Assembly: GCA_951813565.1 (NCBI GenBank)
Contig: OX638351.1
Span: 4,576,001 to 4,640,000 of the forward strand
Origin: an uncultured Poribacteria bacterium
GTDB lineage: Bacteria > Poribacteria > WGA-4E > WGA-3G
Reading direction: 5' to 3'
DNA: 64,000 nt
A program made the translations under genes and the position numbers. Positions 62,488 to 64,000 of the stretch are shown here, in pieces. Each line of letters begins with the position of its first letter. Position 1 is the first letter of the stretch. The notes under the pieces were generated by a model. The model did not search any database and was not told the DNA's origin. It saw only the letters and a program-made list of their open reading frames with translations.

Positions 62488-62531
62488 TTAATGCTCCTTA
62501 AATATAGTGGTTTACAACTTGAATTGTCGAC

Positions 62532-63302
62532 TCAATCATCCTGCTTCGGCAGGTTAAGATGGGTTCGAACGGCTTGACGCACCTCGTCGCATATATGCAT
62601 TGCATGTTGTGTATTTTCATCGGTCGCAGTATCACCAGGATAACGCGATTCCACTGCATAAGCTGTTATTATCTTAAAATCAGACTGCCAAGTTTGCCAA
62701 GCGGATAGCGTTGGTACAATCAGATTTAGCAATTCTTCAAGATCGTGCGTTTTTGAAAAAGGAATATTCGCCTCTTGCAGCCAGGCTTTTAGATACTTTT
62801 CAATACACTGTTGGACATGAAAACAGATAGAGTTATGAACAGGATTTGGAGATTCCTGAAGCCACTTTGCCGCGTTATAATCTTCTTCGGCTTTTTCAAT
62901 CCATTCCAGTGTCAAAGGGTTCATACATTCCTTTTTCTCTTTGACAAGGTTCGACATGTTTTTAGTGTTTTCTAAAATGTAGTGTACATTGGAACCATGA
63001 AGTAGCTTGCCCTTTTCAGTAATCTCGCGAAGAAACCAATCGTTATATGAAACGCGATAAGCAATCTCTTCCGGTGAACGCACCAACAAGTCCATGCTGA
63101 AGCGATATGGAATACGTTGCCGTATCTCTACAGCTTTGTTGCGAAACTCCGATTTGGGAATAGGCATCACGACAAGCAGATCAACGTCAGAGTCTTCCGT
63201 AGGAGTTCCATAAGCATAAGAGCCAAAGAGGATAACCTGTAGCGGCGCAAATTCACGGACAATGTCGTCACATGTCGCTTGAATCTCTTGTTGACTAACC
63301 AT
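62532..63302 (-). CDS. Fused MNT nucleotidyltransferase-HEPN protein
   Basis: LFGSYAYG...DSDVDL; then EWIEKAEED, FHVQQCIEKYLKA, KTHDL, SRYPG in one frame. Confidence 0.85.
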   Translation of the reverse strand: MVSQQEIQATCDDIVREFAPLQVILFGSYAYGTPTEDSDVDLLVVMPIPKSEFRNKAVEIRQRIPYRFSMDLLVRSPEEIAYRVSYNDWFLREITEKGKLLHGSNVHYILENTKNMSNLVKEKKECMNPLTLEWIEKAEEDYNAAKWLQESPNPVHNSICFHVQQCIEKYLKAWLQEANIPFSKTHDLEELLNLIVPTLSAWQTWQSDFKIITAYAVESRYPGDTATDENTQHAMHICDEVRQAVRTHLNLPKQDD

Positions 63303-63371
63303 GGCATTATTCCTTCTATTACCGATTTGAATTTGGGATAAACCACAAACGCTATTCAAACAGTCTCCAAA

Positions 63372-64000
63372 TCAAAACCACCAACATCCCGATCTACCAG
63401 GAACATAATGTTGCGAGAAAAAGATTCCAATTGAAATAGGCATCATGTCTTGATTTGGCAATGAAAAGAAGGGTCTATCCACTCGCAATTCAAGTTTCAG
63501 ACGACTCTTCGTAAGACGAAGCATTGAGACTCCACCAACAACATAAGCACCTAAGCCGCTATCGTTATCTGCATAGTAATAATCGTAATAATCGTAACTG
63601 TTTCTGCCGTTAAAGTTATGATACTCTCCACGAAATATTGAGAATCCTCCGCCTACATAGGGTGAAATATTCTTATTATTGAAGAAGTAACGTCCACCAA
63701 TTGACCAAGATGTGAACATAAAATCGTCGTCTGCGCTGTCGCCGCTGCTGAATCGGAATTCTGTGCCTACAGCATACTTTGGAGTCTCGTAAGACCACCC
63801 AAATTCCCAACCGGGTTCCCCGACCACATCTGTTCCTGGTAAGGAAACGCCAAAGATTCCGATATTCCAAAGAGATTCACCTGTCATTTTGTTGAGTTTG
63901 GCTGCTTCGTGTTCAGTAACACTCTCCATATCCACATTAGAGTCAATAGGTTTATCATTGACAAGTGCATCAACCAATCTGGGAGCTGCCTGAATTATCT
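63372..64000 (-). CDS. Outer-membrane beta-barrel protein (5' end outside window)
   Basis: Amphipathic strands, GGRYFF..ISPYVGGG; frame open to window edge. Confidence 0.6.
   Translation of the reverse strand, partial: IIQAAPRLVDALVNDKPIDSNVDMESVTEHEAAKLNKMTGESLWNIGIFGVSLPGTDVVGEPGWEFGWSYETPKYAVGTEFRFSSGDSADDDFMFTSWSIGGRYFFNNKNISPYVGGGFSIFRGEYHNFNGRNSYDYYDYYYADNDSGLGAYVVGGVSMLRLTKSRLKLELRVDRPFFSLPNQDMMPISIGIFFSQHYVPGRSGCWWF

Noticed and set aside
1..64000. Genome-wide TGA reassignment (genetic code 4 or 25)
   Set aside because: TGA terminates many ordinary genes (e.g. 904, 1758, 7022, 39403) and Trp is encoded by TGG.
1..64000. tRNA (including tRNA-Sec) or rRNA genes
   Set aside because: No cloverleaf or rRNA-like sequence recognised by eye; tRNAscan-SE/Aragorn would be needed to exclude them.

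Overview
Bacterial chromosomal window, most consistent with a diderm sponge-symbiont lineage such as Candidatus Poribacteria. This is an inference from five PhyH-family dioxygenases, secreted proteins ending in an L-S-V-x-P-x-x-K-L-x-T-T-W-G-x-L-K tail, a GHL15-like hydrolase and an AAA+PD-(D/E)XK protein. Housekeeping content is a minus-strand block (selD, pyrE, ymdB-like, xseA, xseB, dxs, a yihY pseudogene, tlyA, tamB, Omp85). Accessory content includes a phnY*/phnZ-like pair, a nucleoside-type ABC transporter, peptidases, an HNH-WYL protein and a fused MNT-HEPN gene. Intergenic DNA is dense with GTAG-type REP palindromes and nested MITEs, plus an IS630 element and a dead tnpB element. The main discovery, missed by the ORF track, is a candidate exported selenoprotein at 10043-11098 (-). 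It has a signal peptide followed by an in-frame TGA-GGT-GCG-TGA (U-G-A-U, a UxxU motif) and a SECIS-like hairpin, leading into a His-rich outer-membrane beta-barrel. The same window encodes SelD with TGA at codon 17, which supports active Sec recoding in this genome.
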